DNA from: a virus
Strand: one strand, 5' to 3'
Length of the DNA: 64,000 bases
Virus genome (UHGV): UHGV-0123226
Below the pieces are notes generated by a model. That model was not told where the DNA came from. It did no database searches and saw nothing but the letters and a program-made list of their open reading frames with translations. The number at the start of each line of letters is the position of its first letter. The first letter of the stretch is position 1. Positions 28,003 through 37,418 of this stretch are shown in pieces. Both the position numbers and the translations under genes were made by a program.

Positions 28003-28857
28003 ATGGACTTAAAAATAGAAAAGGAAAACTTATCTACAAGGATGTCCTCCCTAGGTGTCCTTGTGATAGATATTAATTCCACTAATTCTATTGTTGAAAT
28101 TAATACTAAAAAAATAGACGGAACTAACCGAAGTCTATTTTTGGGAGCCACTCATAGTGAGAAAAAAATCACTGTGAGTGGTTATTATTATGTAGAAAAT
28201 GAACTTCAAGATGAGTACATGAAAGATAAATTGAATGGTACTTTTGCAGACACAGAACCATTTTATATAACTAAAATGTATACTAATCAAAGCTTATATG
28301 GTTATGAGCGACCTGGAGAAAAGCAAGGTTTCGATATGTTGAGAGTTGATAAGCAACGTCAATATCATTATAGATATAAAGTGTTATTAGACGGAGAAAT
28401 CAATTATGATTTTCAAGGCTTTAGTGATGTAGGCCTTCTATACGAAGTATCACTAACATTTAAGACGGTAGATTTACCATTTGGAATTACCATCCCTGAT
28501 GATATAGAAATAACAAATTCTAAAATGATTGAATATCGCGGTACTGTTCCTTGCAGTCAATTAGAATGGCCATGGAAAGTGCAAATTATTGCAAAAAAAA
28601 ATTTAGGGGCTGAATTTAAATTATCTATTGATGAACGAGAGTTTAAGTATGTTGGTAAAAGAAATATTTTATCCGGCGATAAATTTTTGTTAGAAGGAAC
28701 ATCTTTCACTCTTAATGGTTTAAATATTAATGATCAGACAAATATTGAATATTTTATTTTAAAGCCAAATGAGGTTGGTTTTATACCGTTTTCTACATCT
28801 TTTAACATTGGTGAAGTAGAAATAAATATATTGAATAAAGTTGACTTATATAGATAA
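28003..28857 (+). CDS. distal tail protein (Dit)
   Basis: 284 aa directly after the TMP. Confidence 0.65.
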   Translation: MDLKIEKENLSTRMSSLGVLVIDINSTNSIVEINTKKIDGTNRSLFLGATHSEKKITVSGYYYVENELQDEYMKDKLNGTFADTEPFYITKMYTNQSLYGYERPGEKQGFDMLRVDKQRQYHYRYKVLLDGEINYDFQGFSDVGLLYEVSLTFKTVDLPFGITIPDDIEITNSKMIEYRGTVPCSQLEWPWKVQIIAKKNLGAEFKLSIDEREFKYVGKRNILSGDKFLLEGTSFTLNGLNINDQTNIEYFILKPNEVGFIPFSTSFNIGEVEINILNKVDLYR

Positions 28858-28867
28858 GGAGTAAGTA

Positions 28868-30991
28868 GTGATGGTTCAATTCATAGATACAGATGGAAAT
28901 ACTTTTATTGCATTGGCAGATATATCTTTCGTTAGAAGCCTAAATGGTGAAAAATCAATTAGCGGTACTATATATACTAATAATGATGTCCTTCACAGAA
29001 TAGACAGAGGTTGGCAAGTAGAATTTGAAAATGAAAAATACTATTTAACTTATGCCATGCCAACTGATTATGGAAATAATATTACTGTTGAATTTGATGC
29101 CATACATGAATTTTTCTTTAGAATGGGTAAATCATGCGTGTATGATACTTTAAACGGTTCAAATACTGCAAAAGCTTATCTAGATTTTATTTTTAAAAAC
29201 AGTGGTTTTACTTATTCACTAGCTGCTACTATACCAGCATTCGAAAAAGAAAATTTTGGAATGAAAAATAGATTAGCGTTATTTAATGACTTTATAAATA
29301 GTACTAACACTGAGTTTCAAATTATTGGTAATAACCTTTACATCGTTGACAAGATAGGCAGTGATTTATCAACGATTGTTCGTAAAGGTTTTAATATGCA
29401 AGAGTTAGGGTTAGAGCACAATATAAGTGATTTTGTTACGTATGCGAAAGGATTTGGGGCGTACAAAGACCCAAATGATGTTACTAAAGGAAGATTAATA
29501 GTTGAATATACCAGCCCATTAGCGGAAATTTATGGGAAGCTTGAGGCGGACCCAATTGTTGACGAACGCTATACTAAAGAAGATAGTTTTCTTGAACATT
29601 TAAAGGAAATTGTTGAATCTTCTTATAGTATCTCTGTTAATTTAACCGTAGAAGATTTGAGAAAAGTCGGGTATCAATATGGGTTGCCTGAACCAGGAGA
29701 TTACATTATGGCTGTTAATGAACAGTTAGGTTTTCAACAAAAAATAAGAATTGTTGGAGTAACTGAGAATTTTAATGTTACTGGGGATTTAATTGAAAAT
29801 AATATAACATGTAATTCACTAAACTTAGTTGATAAGAAGAACCAAGCTGATGCTAGTAACGCTCAATCATGGTCAGATATATCTAACGGAATAAAGCCTA
29901 TTCCAAATGAATGGTTAACAGCAGCAATCCAGCAAGCAACTTCCGATTTAATCAATTCACAAACGGAAGTGAAATATGCCAAGACAGGTATTCTTGCCAT
30001 TGATAAGAATGACTCAAATAAAATAGTTATATTAAACTCTGCGGGTATCGGAATTTCAACGGATGGGGGGAAAAGCTTCGAGAATGCAATAACTGCTAAC
30101 GGAATAAACGCCTCTGCTATAAATACTGGAATTTTAAAAGCGATAGCTATTGAAGGTGTAACAATTTCAGGTTCAGTTATTACATCCATCGGAAAAGACT
30201 TTTCTTTAAAAGAGGACAATGGGGCAATAACTTGGACGCGAAATAGTGATGGAAAAGAAATATTTAAATTTTACACTACTTTAATTAATCAAAAAGAAGG
30301 AAATGTTAGATTAGATGTTTCAGACGAAGGTTCTTTTACGATATTTAATAAAAAGCTTAATAAGGCATTTCTAACATTTTTTGGCGCAACAAATAATATG
30401 TCAGGATCTGCAAACTTAGATAACTTTTATGTTGTTGGTAATGGTCATAGTTTGAATTTTGCACCTGGGAGCTTTGGTTATTCTTCTACAGCTAGTAATA
30501 GTCCTAGTTTAAATGTGAGTAGCAATGGTTTTAGTATAGGGAATAATGATACTAAAGTATTAGGATCATCTGGAGGAAGGATTAGTATATCCGCTACTTC
30601 TACAAGCTTCACAGGAAATCTTAGTGTTACTGGTTCCAAAAACTCTCTTGTGGATACACTGTCATACGGTCATCGACTGTTAAACGCCTACGAAACGCCA
30701 GAATATTATTTTGCTGACTATGGTAAAGCAATTACAGATTCTGATGGTGAAATAAAAATAGATATTGAACCTATTTTTTTAGAAACGGTGAATACTGAAA
30801 GTGAAAATTATCATGTTATGTTAACTCCTTATAGTAAAGGAAATATATGGGTAGAAGAAACTAAAGAAAAATATTTTGTAGTCAAAAGCGACCCAGCGCT
30901 AATAGAATTTAGTTGGAACCTTGTTGCGTATCGAAAAGGTTATGAAGAGGTTAGACTGACACAACAAAAAGAGGAGGGTTATGAAACATGA
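28868..30991 (+). CDS. tail-associated lysin / prophage tail endopeptidase (Tal)
   Basis: 707 aa following Dit; N-terminal Tal-like domain. Confidence 0.65.
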   Translation: MMVQFIDTDGNTFIALADISFVRSLNGEKSISGTIYTNNDVLHRIDRGWQVEFENEKYYLTYAMPTDYGNNITVEFDAIHEFFFRMGKSCVYDTLNGSNTAKAYLDFIFKNSGFTYSLAATIPAFEKENFGMKNRLALFNDFINSTNTEFQIIGNNLYIVDKIGSDLSTIVRKGFNMQELGLEHNISDFVTYAKGFGAYKDPNDVTKGRLIVEYTSPLAEIYGKLEADPIVDERYTKEDSFLEHLKEIVESSYSISVNLTVEDLRKVGYQYGLPEPGDYIMAVNEQLGFQQKIRIVGVTENFNVTGDLIENNITCNSLNLVDKKNQADASNAQSWSDISNGIKPIPNEWLTAAIQQATSDLINSQTEVKYAKTGILAIDKNDSNKIVILNSAGIGISTDGGKSFENAITANGINASAINTGILKAIAIEGVTISGSVITSIGKDFSLKEDNGAITWTRNSDGKEIFKFYTTLINQKEGNVRLDVSDEGSFTIFNKKLNKAFLTFFGATNNMSGSANLDNFYVVGNGHSLNFAPGSFGYSSTASNSPSLNVSSNGFSIGNNDTKVLGSSGGRISISATSTSFTGNLSVTGSKNSLVDTLSYGHRLLNAYETPEYYFADYGKAITDSDGEIKIDIEPIFLETVNTESENYHVMLTPYSKGNIWVEETKEKYFVVKSDPALIEFSWNLVAYRKGYEEVRLTQQKEEGYET

Positions 30992-32460
30992 GCGATTTAT
31001 TAAGATTTGATCTTTCAAAAAATTCTATCGGGCGACCAATTGTTTATGGTCGAGTCGGAGACGGAGAAAGTTTTTCAATGAGGGTTCAAATATTTAAAGA
31101 TGGAGCTCCCTTTGACTTGACTGACTGGGTAGCTACTTTTGAAGGCGTAACTCATGAAGAAAGAACAAAAGTTTTTGATTCTGATGGAATAGAGATCACA
31201 AATGGAAAAAACGGGGAATTTACCTATACTTTCCCCAATATGGCATTTGCTGTAGCTGGTTCATATGAACTAGCATATTTTTCTTTCATGAAGGATGACA
31301 AGAGAGAATCTACTGATGATTTTGAGATTACGGTTTATGGAAATGCTGACATTGATGCAGAAGAAGCAAAAACTATAATTACTGAATACAACAAATTAGT
31401 TAAAGCTTTAAATGAAACTTATCAATCTGCATTAGAAAAAATAGATACTGATTATGATGCAGTTGTTAAGCGAATTGAAACAATAAAAACAGAAATGAAT
31501 ACATTACAAACGCAAGTTGATAAAATAGTAAGTGATGCAGAAGGCCGTATTTCAAAGGTGGCTACAGATAGTGAAAACAAGATTAATCAGGCAGGAAAAA
31601 CTGTAGAGACAAATATTACAGCAATTGGAAAAACAGTTACTGATGCTATGAATGCAGCATTAGAAGAATTGCGAGCAGCAGACTTTTATACACGAACAGA
31701 ATCAGATTCTCGTTATGTAAGTAAAACAGAGATGGAGAACGGATCATTAGTTGCTAAAAAAACTGTGATTAAGGCGCAGGACTGGGATGAAATTTTAGAC
31801 AAAGGAATTTACACCGTCTTCGGTGCTTCTGGCGCAAACCGGCCTTATTCGGGTGCAGTTTATGGTGCTTTAGTTGTATATGCAGATAATACATTCATCA
31901 ATCAAACTTATATTTATAAAGGCGAAACGTATATTAGGAGTAGACAAGGTAGTCCTGCTACTTGGACAACTTGGAACAAAATGATTGTTGATAATGGACA
32001 GTTTGACAAATTTGTATATAAACAATCAGGTTCTCCAGATACAAATGTGGTAAGTCAACTTGAAGTAACGTGTATAAGGATTGGAAATGTTGTTACATGT
32101 CATATGCGTGTGAATGTGACAAAAGTTGATGTTGAACCGAAAAATAATGTCTTGTTACAAATTCCAGAAGGATTCAGGGCTACTTATAACACTGGTGGTG
32201 AAGATATAGGGGCAATCTGGAATATCCCATTTACCGTTAACTCAACTGCCCAACCTAGTGGCCAAAAAATAGTGAAAATGCATCTTGAACCAGGCAACGG
32301 GCTTTACCCAAATCGAGTGACCTTGATGTCAGGACAAACAGGGAATCAATATGCAACTTGTACATGGACGACGGATGATCCATATCCAAAAATAGGAAAA
32401 GTTGGACTTGGTACTGTAGTTAAACTAACTGCTAAGAGTGATGGTTCATTTAGTTTGTAA
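30988..32460 (+). CDS. receptor-binding protein / tail fibre
   Basis: 490 aa after Tal; coiled-coil middle, C-terminal beta-rich domain. Confidence 0.55.
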   Translation: MSDLLRFDLSKNSIGRPIVYGRVGDGESFSMRVQIFKDGAPFDLTDWVATFEGVTHEERTKVFDSDGIEITNGKNGEFTYTFPNMAFAVAGSYELAYFSFMKDDKRESTDDFEITVYGNADIDAEEAKTIITEYNKLVKALNETYQSALEKIDTDYDAVVKRIETIKTEMNTLQTQVDKIVSDAEGRISKVATDSENKINQAGKTVETNITAIGKTVTDAMNAALEELRAADFYTRTESDSRYVSKTEMENGSLVAKKTVIKAQDWDEILDKGIYTVFGASGANRPYSGAVYGALVVYADNTFINQTYIYKGETYIRSRQGSPATWTTWNKMIVDNGQFDKFVYKQSGSPDTNVVSQLEVTCIRIGNVVTCHMRVNVTKVDVEPKNNVLLQIPEGFRATYNTGGEDIGAIWNIPFTVNSTAQPSGQKIVKMHLEPGNGLYPNRVTLMSGQTGNQYATCTWTTDDPYPKIGKVGLGTVVKLTAKSDGSFSL

Positions 32461-32527
32461 CATATAAATTAATTTTATAAAAATCGTTTAGCAATAGCTA
32501 AGCATTTTTTATTTTGGGGGAATAATT

Positions 32528-32749
32528 TTGTCTAATGAAATAGTTGTTGCTGTAATAGGATTAGTAGGCAGTACAGTTGGTGCATTTATTGGAGTTGTAG
32601 CTAGTGCCAATTTGACAGCTTACAGGATTGAACAGCTAGAAAAGAAAGTAGAAAAACATAATGGGGTAATTGAAAGAACCTTTAAATTAGAAGGTCGAAT
32701 GCAAGAAGCGGAACATGACATAATAGAATTGAAAGGAGCAAAAAAATGA
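32528..32749 (+). CDS. XhlA-like haemolysin-family lysis-associated membrane protein
   Basis: 73 aa, N-terminal TM (VVAVIGLVGSTVGAFIGVVA) plus coiled coil; directly upstream of the holin. Confidence 0.5.
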   Translation: MSNEIVVAVIGLVGSTVGAFIGVVASANLTAYRIEQLEKKVEKHNGVIERTFKLEGRMQEAEHDIIELKGAKK

Positions 32750-32949
32750 TTCTACCAGATAAGTATTATAAAATCATCAAATGGGGAGTACTAACCGTGC
32801 TTCCTGCTAGTTCTGTTTTAGTAGCAACTTTAGGCAAAGCCTACGGTTGGCAACAAACAGATATGGTTGTTTTAACTATCAATGCTATTGCAACTTTTTT
32901 AGGAGTAGTAACAGGCGTGTCAGCATACAATTTAAAAGACAAGGAGTAA
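32746..32949 (+). CDS. holin
   Basis: 67 aa, two TM segments; precedes the endolysin. Confidence 0.65.
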   Translation: MILPDKYYKIIKWGVLTVLPASSVLVATLGKAYGWQQTDMVVLTINAIATFLGVVTGVSAYNLKDKE

Positions 32950-32953
32950 ACGA

Positions 32954-34255
32954 ATGAAAAAGAAAATTTTAGTAGGAGCGCTTGTCGCTCTATTTTTTAT
33001 GCCTTTAAATGTATTAGCTGCAAGAGGCGATCAAGGTGTGGATTGGGCGATTTATCAAGGTGAACAAGGTCGCTTTGGCTATGCACATGATAAATTTACT
33101 ATCGCTCAAATTGGCGGCTACAATGCTAGCGGTATTTATGAACAATACACATATAAAACGCAAGTGGCAAGTGCTATTGCCCAAGGTAAACGTGCGCATA
33201 CCTATATTTGGTATGACACTTGGGGAAACATGGACATTGCGAAAACAACAATGGATTACTTTTTGCCACGTATTCAAACGCCTAAAAATTCCATCGTTGC
33301 ATTAGATTTTGAACATGGAGCGTTGGCTAGTGTTCCAGATGGATATGGAGGATATGTAAGTTCAGATGCCGAAAAAGCAGCAAATACAGAGACAATTTTG
33401 TACGGTATGCGCAGAATCAAACAGGCTGGCTATACTCCAATGTATTACAGCTATAAGCCATTTACACTAAATCATGTAAACTATCAACAAATCATCAAAG
33501 AGTTTCCTAACTCTTTATGGATTGCTGCGTATCCTATTGATGGTGTGTCACCAAATCCATTGTATGCTTATTTCCCAAGCATGGATGGTATTGGCATTTG
33601 GCAATTCACATCCGCTTATATTGCAGGTGGTTTAGATGGTAACGTAGATTTAACAGGAATTACGGATAGTGGTTATACAGATACAAATAAACCAGAAACG
33701 GATACGCCAGCAACAGATGCAGGCGAAGAAATTGAAAAAATACCTAATTCTGATGTTAAAGTTGGCGATACCGTCAAAGTGAAATTTAGTGTTGATGCTT
33801 GGGCAACTGGCGAAGCTATTCCAGATTGGGTTAAAGGAAACAGTTATAAAGTGCAAGAAGCAACTGGAAGCAGAGTATTGCTAGAAGGCATTTTGTCATG
33901 GATTAGCAAAGGTGATATTGAACTATTACCAGATGCAACAGTTGTCCCTGATAAGCAACCAGAAACAACACATATAGTTCAACATGGCGAAACATTATCA
34001 AGCATTGCTTACCAATACGGTACCGATTATCAAACTTTAGCTTCGTTAAATGGATTGGCTAATCCAAACCTTATTTACCCTGGACAAGTTTTGAAAGTAA
34101 ATGGATCAGCAACAAGTAATGTTTACACAGTCCAGTTGGGTGATAATTTATCAAGTATAGCGGCTAAACTTGGCACGACTTATCAAACATTGGCAGCTTT
34201 AAACGAATTAGCAAATCCTAACTTGATTTATCCGGGTCAAACGTTGAACTATTAA
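32954..34255 (+). CDS. endolysin: signal peptide, GH25 muramidase and two C-terminal LysM repeats
   Basis: N-terminal signal peptide ([22 protein letters not shown]); GH25-like GVDWAIYQG; two LysM repeats ([43 protein letters not shown] and [43 protein letters not shown]). Confidence 0.8.
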   Translation: MKKKILVGALVALFFMPLNVLAARGDQGVDWAIYQGEQGRFGYAHDKFTIAQIGGYNASGIYEQYTYKTQVASAIAQGKRAHTYIWYDTWGNMDIAKTTMDYFLPRIQTPKNSIVALDFEHGALASVPDGYGGYVSSDAEKAANTETILYGMRRIKQAGYTPMYYSYKPFTLNHVNYQQIIKEFPNSLWIAAYPIDGVSPNPLYAYFPSMDGIGIWQFTSAYIAGGLDGNVDLTGITDSGYTDTNKPETDTPATDAGEEIEKIPNSDVKVGDTVKVKFSVDAWATGEAIPDWVKGNSYKVQEATGSRVLLEGILSWISKGDIELLPDATVVPDKQPETTHIVQHGETLSSIAYQYGTDYQTLASLNGLANPNLIYPGQVLKVNGSATSNVYTVQLGDNLSSIAAKLGTTYQTLAALNELANPNLIYPGQTLNY

Positions 34256-34268
34256 GAAATAAGTAAAA

Positions 34269-34304
34269 GGCCTACTTCTCTTTGTGAGAGGTAGGTCTTT
34301 TTTC
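34269..34304 (+). terminator. Rho-independent terminator after the endolysin
   Basis: cctacttctc-tttgt-gagaggtagg followed by tcttttttc. Confidence 0.7.
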
Positions 34305-34415
34305 ATTTATACTAATATATACATATCATTGAATGCTAAAAAATTAAAATTTGTCTTAAGTAAATTTTCAAGTTATGGTATACTTTGCTGGTGAATATGG
34401 GAAGGAGCATAAAAT

Positions 34416-35786
34416 TTGAAGAAACATTCTAGGAAAATAAAAAATAATAAAGAACTAACTTTACTGATTATAGGAATTTGGATTGTTTTTTTTCTTTTTA
34501 ATATGTATATGCCGACAGTGAGAGCTGATGACTTAGTTTACGTAAATAGATTAGATAAATTAGGATATTTGGGTGCTTCAATAGAACATTATAAAACATG
34601 GAGTTCAAGAGTTATTATTGAATTATTCTTGATGTTTTTTTCTAAACACCTTATGTTATGGAAATTATTAAATTCAACGATAATGACAGGTTCTATAGTA
34701 TTGCTTTGCAAATATGTTTTCAACAAGTTATATTCTAAAAATTTGCTACTAGTTTTTTCTATATTTTGTCTAATTCCTTTAACAATAATGGGGGAAACTG
34801 GTTGGATCGCTACTACGTTAAATTACCAATGGCCAGTAGCTTTTGGTTTGCTAGCTTTTTACCCTTTTTTTCAAGTGTTAAGCGGTAAAGAAATAAGCAA
34901 AAAAATATATTGTATAAGTATTCCTTTATTAATATTCTCTGCTAACCAAGAGCAAGTTAACGTATGCTTTTTTGTTTTAACTAGTCTAGTAAGTTTGTAT
35001 TTATTATTTAGAAGAAATTATAATTATAAGTTATCGGCGCTTTCCATAATAAGTTTAGTGGAATTATTTTTTTCTTTGACGGCCCCAGGGAACACATTGC
35101 GGGCTGCTCATGAAATTAATAAATGGTTTCCTGAATACAAAAAATTTAACTTTGTGAATAAATTAGACCTTGGTATATCATCATTTGGAAAACCGTTTTT
35201 TTTAGACACGAATATTTTATTTTTATTACTCTTTTTTATATTATTCTTTCTATCTTATAAGAAATGTCAGAACTATTATATACGTATATTAACCGCATTG
35301 CCGCTTTTTCTAAATTTGATTACTTTTTTCGGAAACACAATGGGACAAAGTTTTACTTATGTCAATGGAAATAAAAGATCAATGATTTGGAATAGCAACA
35401 ATCTGGGGAATATCTTTACAAGATTTGGAACTAAACTATCAATTTATCACCCTGGAACTTGGGTAGCTACTTTTATAGTTTTGGGATTATTATTATGTTT
35501 AATTATAGGAATTTATATAAGTTTTGATGATAAAAAATCTGCTGTTTTTTTAGTAGTGTTAATGATGATGGGTTTTTGTTCAAGATTAATTATGGGTTTT
35601 TCTCCTACTGTTTGGGCTTCAGGTATGCGAACGTACTATATACTTTTTATTGTCGTCGCTATAATAGTGTTAAAGGGAATTAACGAGATGAAGAAAAACA
35701 TGAGCTTGCAAAAGAAAGAACTATTATCATTTAGTTTAACTTTATTAGGTATCTGCACCTTAGTGTTAACGGTGCTGAATAGATAA
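34416..35786 (+). CDS. polytopic membrane protein moron (Wzy/EpsG-like polysaccharide polymerase or GT-C-like fold suspected)
   Basis: 456 aa, about 10-12 predicted TM helices, extremely T-rich coding sequence (GC well below the phage average); own TG-extended -10 (tggtatact) and RBS ggaaggag with TTG start; bracketed by two strong terminators. Confidence 0.6.
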   Translation: MKKHSRKIKNNKELTLLIIGIWIVFFLFNMYMPTVRADDLVYVNRLDKLGYLGASIEHYKTWSSRVIIELFLMFFSKHLMLWKLLNSTIMTGSIVLLCKYVFNKLYSKNLLLVFSIFCLIPLTIMGETGWIATTLNYQWPVAFGLLAFYPFFQVLSGKEISKKIYCISIPLLIFSANQEQVNVCFFVLTSLVSLYLLFRRNYNYKLSALSIISLVELFFSLTAPGNTLRAAHEINKWFPEYKKFNFVNKLDLGISSFGKPFFLDTNILFLLLFFILFFLSYKKCQNYYIRILTALPLFLNLITFFGNTMGQSFTYVNGNKRSMIWNSNNLGNIFTRFGTKLSIYHPGTWVATFIVLGLLLCLIIGIYISFDDKKSAVFLVVLMMMGFCSRLIMGFSPTVWASGMRTYYILFIVVAIIVLKGINEMKKNMSLQKKELLSFSLTLLGICTLVLTVLNR

Positions 35787-35791
35787 ATTAA

Positions 35792-35832
35792 AAGCTCTAC
35801 TTCTCAATCACGGGAAGTAGAGCTTTTTTTTG
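35792..35832 (+). terminator. Rho-independent terminator ending prophage A
   Basis: agctctacttc-(10-nt loop)-gaagtagagct perfect 11-bp stem plus T8. Confidence 0.8.
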
Positions 35833-36016
35833 TTTATTCGGTATGATTTATATATCTATTCGCTTGCCTTTTTTAATTTTTTGATGTAGATTTTATCTTG
35901 TTGTTATAGTCTATTTTGCTAATTTGAATTAAAATAATATTACGCAAACCCTTGTGAGTTCTAGTCTGTCTAAATATGGTGTTGCAGAAAAATTACACCG
36001 TGAAACTAAATAATTT

Positions 36017-36060
36017 ATTTGAATATAGCCTAGAATCCTTGCTTTATAAGGGTTCTAGGC
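36017..36060 (+). terminator. Rho-independent terminator in the inter-prophage junction
   Basis: agcctagaatcc...ggttctaggct stem plus T7. Confidence 0.6.
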
Positions 36061-36115
36061 TCTTTTTTTGTTGTTAGGAATTTACTGATTTAGTTATTGA
36101 TGTAGATTTGCTATT

Positions 36116-37297
36116 TTAAAAATTTACATAGCTACTGAAAGCATCTGTTGCTTCTTTAGTAACTTCATCAGAAACATGAGTGTAAGTATCCATAGTTATT
36201 TGTAAAGAAGAATGTCCTAAACGTTCTTGGATTATTTTAGACCTAACATTATCTGATTCGAATAATAATGTTGCGTGGGTATGCCGAAAACCATGACAAC
36301 CAATAGAATGTAAGTTAGCCTTTTCTGCCAATCTTTTGGAACGTTGGTAAATGTCTTGACTTCGGAACATGGTACCATCAATTTTTGTAAAAATGAGTTG
36401 TGTTTTAAACCCACCTTTTTTCATTAAAGCTTCACGCTGTCTAAGTTTCCATTTTTTTAAGATATAAGCAGTCTTGTCATCAAAAGAAATTTTACGAATA
36501 GAATTGGGAGTTTTAGGATCGTTTATAGTCAATCCATTTGTACTGATAGCAGTAGTTTTATTTATATTAACTACCTGCTTTTTTAAATCAATATCATTCC
36601 AATTCAATGCTAAAGCTTCACCAACACGTATACCAGTAAAAGAAAGTAAGCGAAAAATAGCACAGTCTAAGTCAGCATAGTATTTTAGAACTAAACTTTC
36701 TTCTTTGGCTTGATTGGCAATACTATCAGCTGTATTTAAGAAATGTTCCAGTTCGTCTTTTGTATAGAACTTTCTTTTTGTATTCTTTTCTATTTTCTTT
36801 AGCGAACTAGGCTTAGTTATTTTCTTAAATGGGTTTGAATCTATTATTTCTAAACCAACAGCATAGTCACAAACACGAGAAGCATAACTCAAAAGTACTT
36901 TTCCCATTTCATTCTTTTTATACCATTCATTAACAGATTTTTGCACGATCTTGACTGTTAAACGCTCAAGTCGCATTTTCCCAAATGTGGGTAAAATGTG
37001 TTTTTTCATACGTCGTTCAGTAGCTATGAATGTGGATTCCCTAACTGTTTTTTTGTATTCGTCCAACCACATATAATAAACTTCTTCAAAAGTGGTTAAA
37101 CGAGTATGCTCGTTAGCTAGGTTTCCATTATCAAAATCTAATTTTTTTTGATTAAGCTTGAGCTGTGCTTCTTTTTTTGTATTACAGTTTCTGATAGTGA
37201 CATTAATTTGTTTTCCAGTTAAATAATCTACGCCTAAATAGGCAGTTACTTTCCAGTATTTTTTTCCTTTTTTTGTATATTGTTTAAAAGTTGCCAT
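36116..37297 (-). CDS. int: tyrosine site-specific integrase
   Basis: 393 aa; catalytic region ...HGFRHTHATLLF...LGHSSLQITMDTYTHV. Confidence 0.9.
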   Translation of the reverse strand: MATFKQYTKKGKKYWKVTAYLGVDYLTGKQINVTIRNCNTKKEAQLKLNQKKLDFDNGNLANEHTRLTTFEEVYYMWLDEYKKTVRESTFIATERRMKKHILPTFGKMRLERLTVKIVQKSVNEWYKKNEMGKVLLSYASRVCDYAVGLEIIDSNPFKKITKPSSLKKIEKNTKRKFYTKDELEHFLNTADSIANQAKEESLVLKYYADLDCAIFRLLSFTGIRVGEALALNWNDIDLKKQVVNINKTTAISTNGLTINDPKTPNSIRKISFDDKTAYILKKWKLRQREALMKKGGFKTQLIFTKIDGTMFRSQDIYQRSKRLAEKANLHSIGCHGFRHTHATLLFESDNVRSKIIQERLGHSSLQITMDTYTHVSDEVTKEATDAFSSYVNF

Positions 37298-37418
37298 TGT
37301 TTATCCTTTCCACTTGGGCAAGCGAATAGAAGGAATGACAAATTTCTAGCACCTCCTTATTAGATTTTAAAGCCCCTAGCATGAATCGAACACGCTAGAA
37401 CTCACCAGAGAGGGGGAT

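Larger units (their letters stand above)
700..35830. mobile_element. Prophage A: complete siphovirus-type temperate phage (int to lysis plus moron); boundaries approximate
   Basis: Contiguous integrase, ImmA/XRE switch, replication, ArpU, TerS-TerL-portal-capsid-tail-lysis modules; ends with terminator at 35792-35832. Confidence 0.8.

Noticed and set aside
37330-37410. Reverse-strand tRNA 3' fragment (T-loop-like gttcgattc) between int and the HIRAN gene of prophage B, as a possible att remnant
   Set aside because: The T-stem needs a wobble pair and there is no complementary acceptor 5' strand. The location is internal to the prophage, on the wrong side of int for attL. Probably fortuitous.
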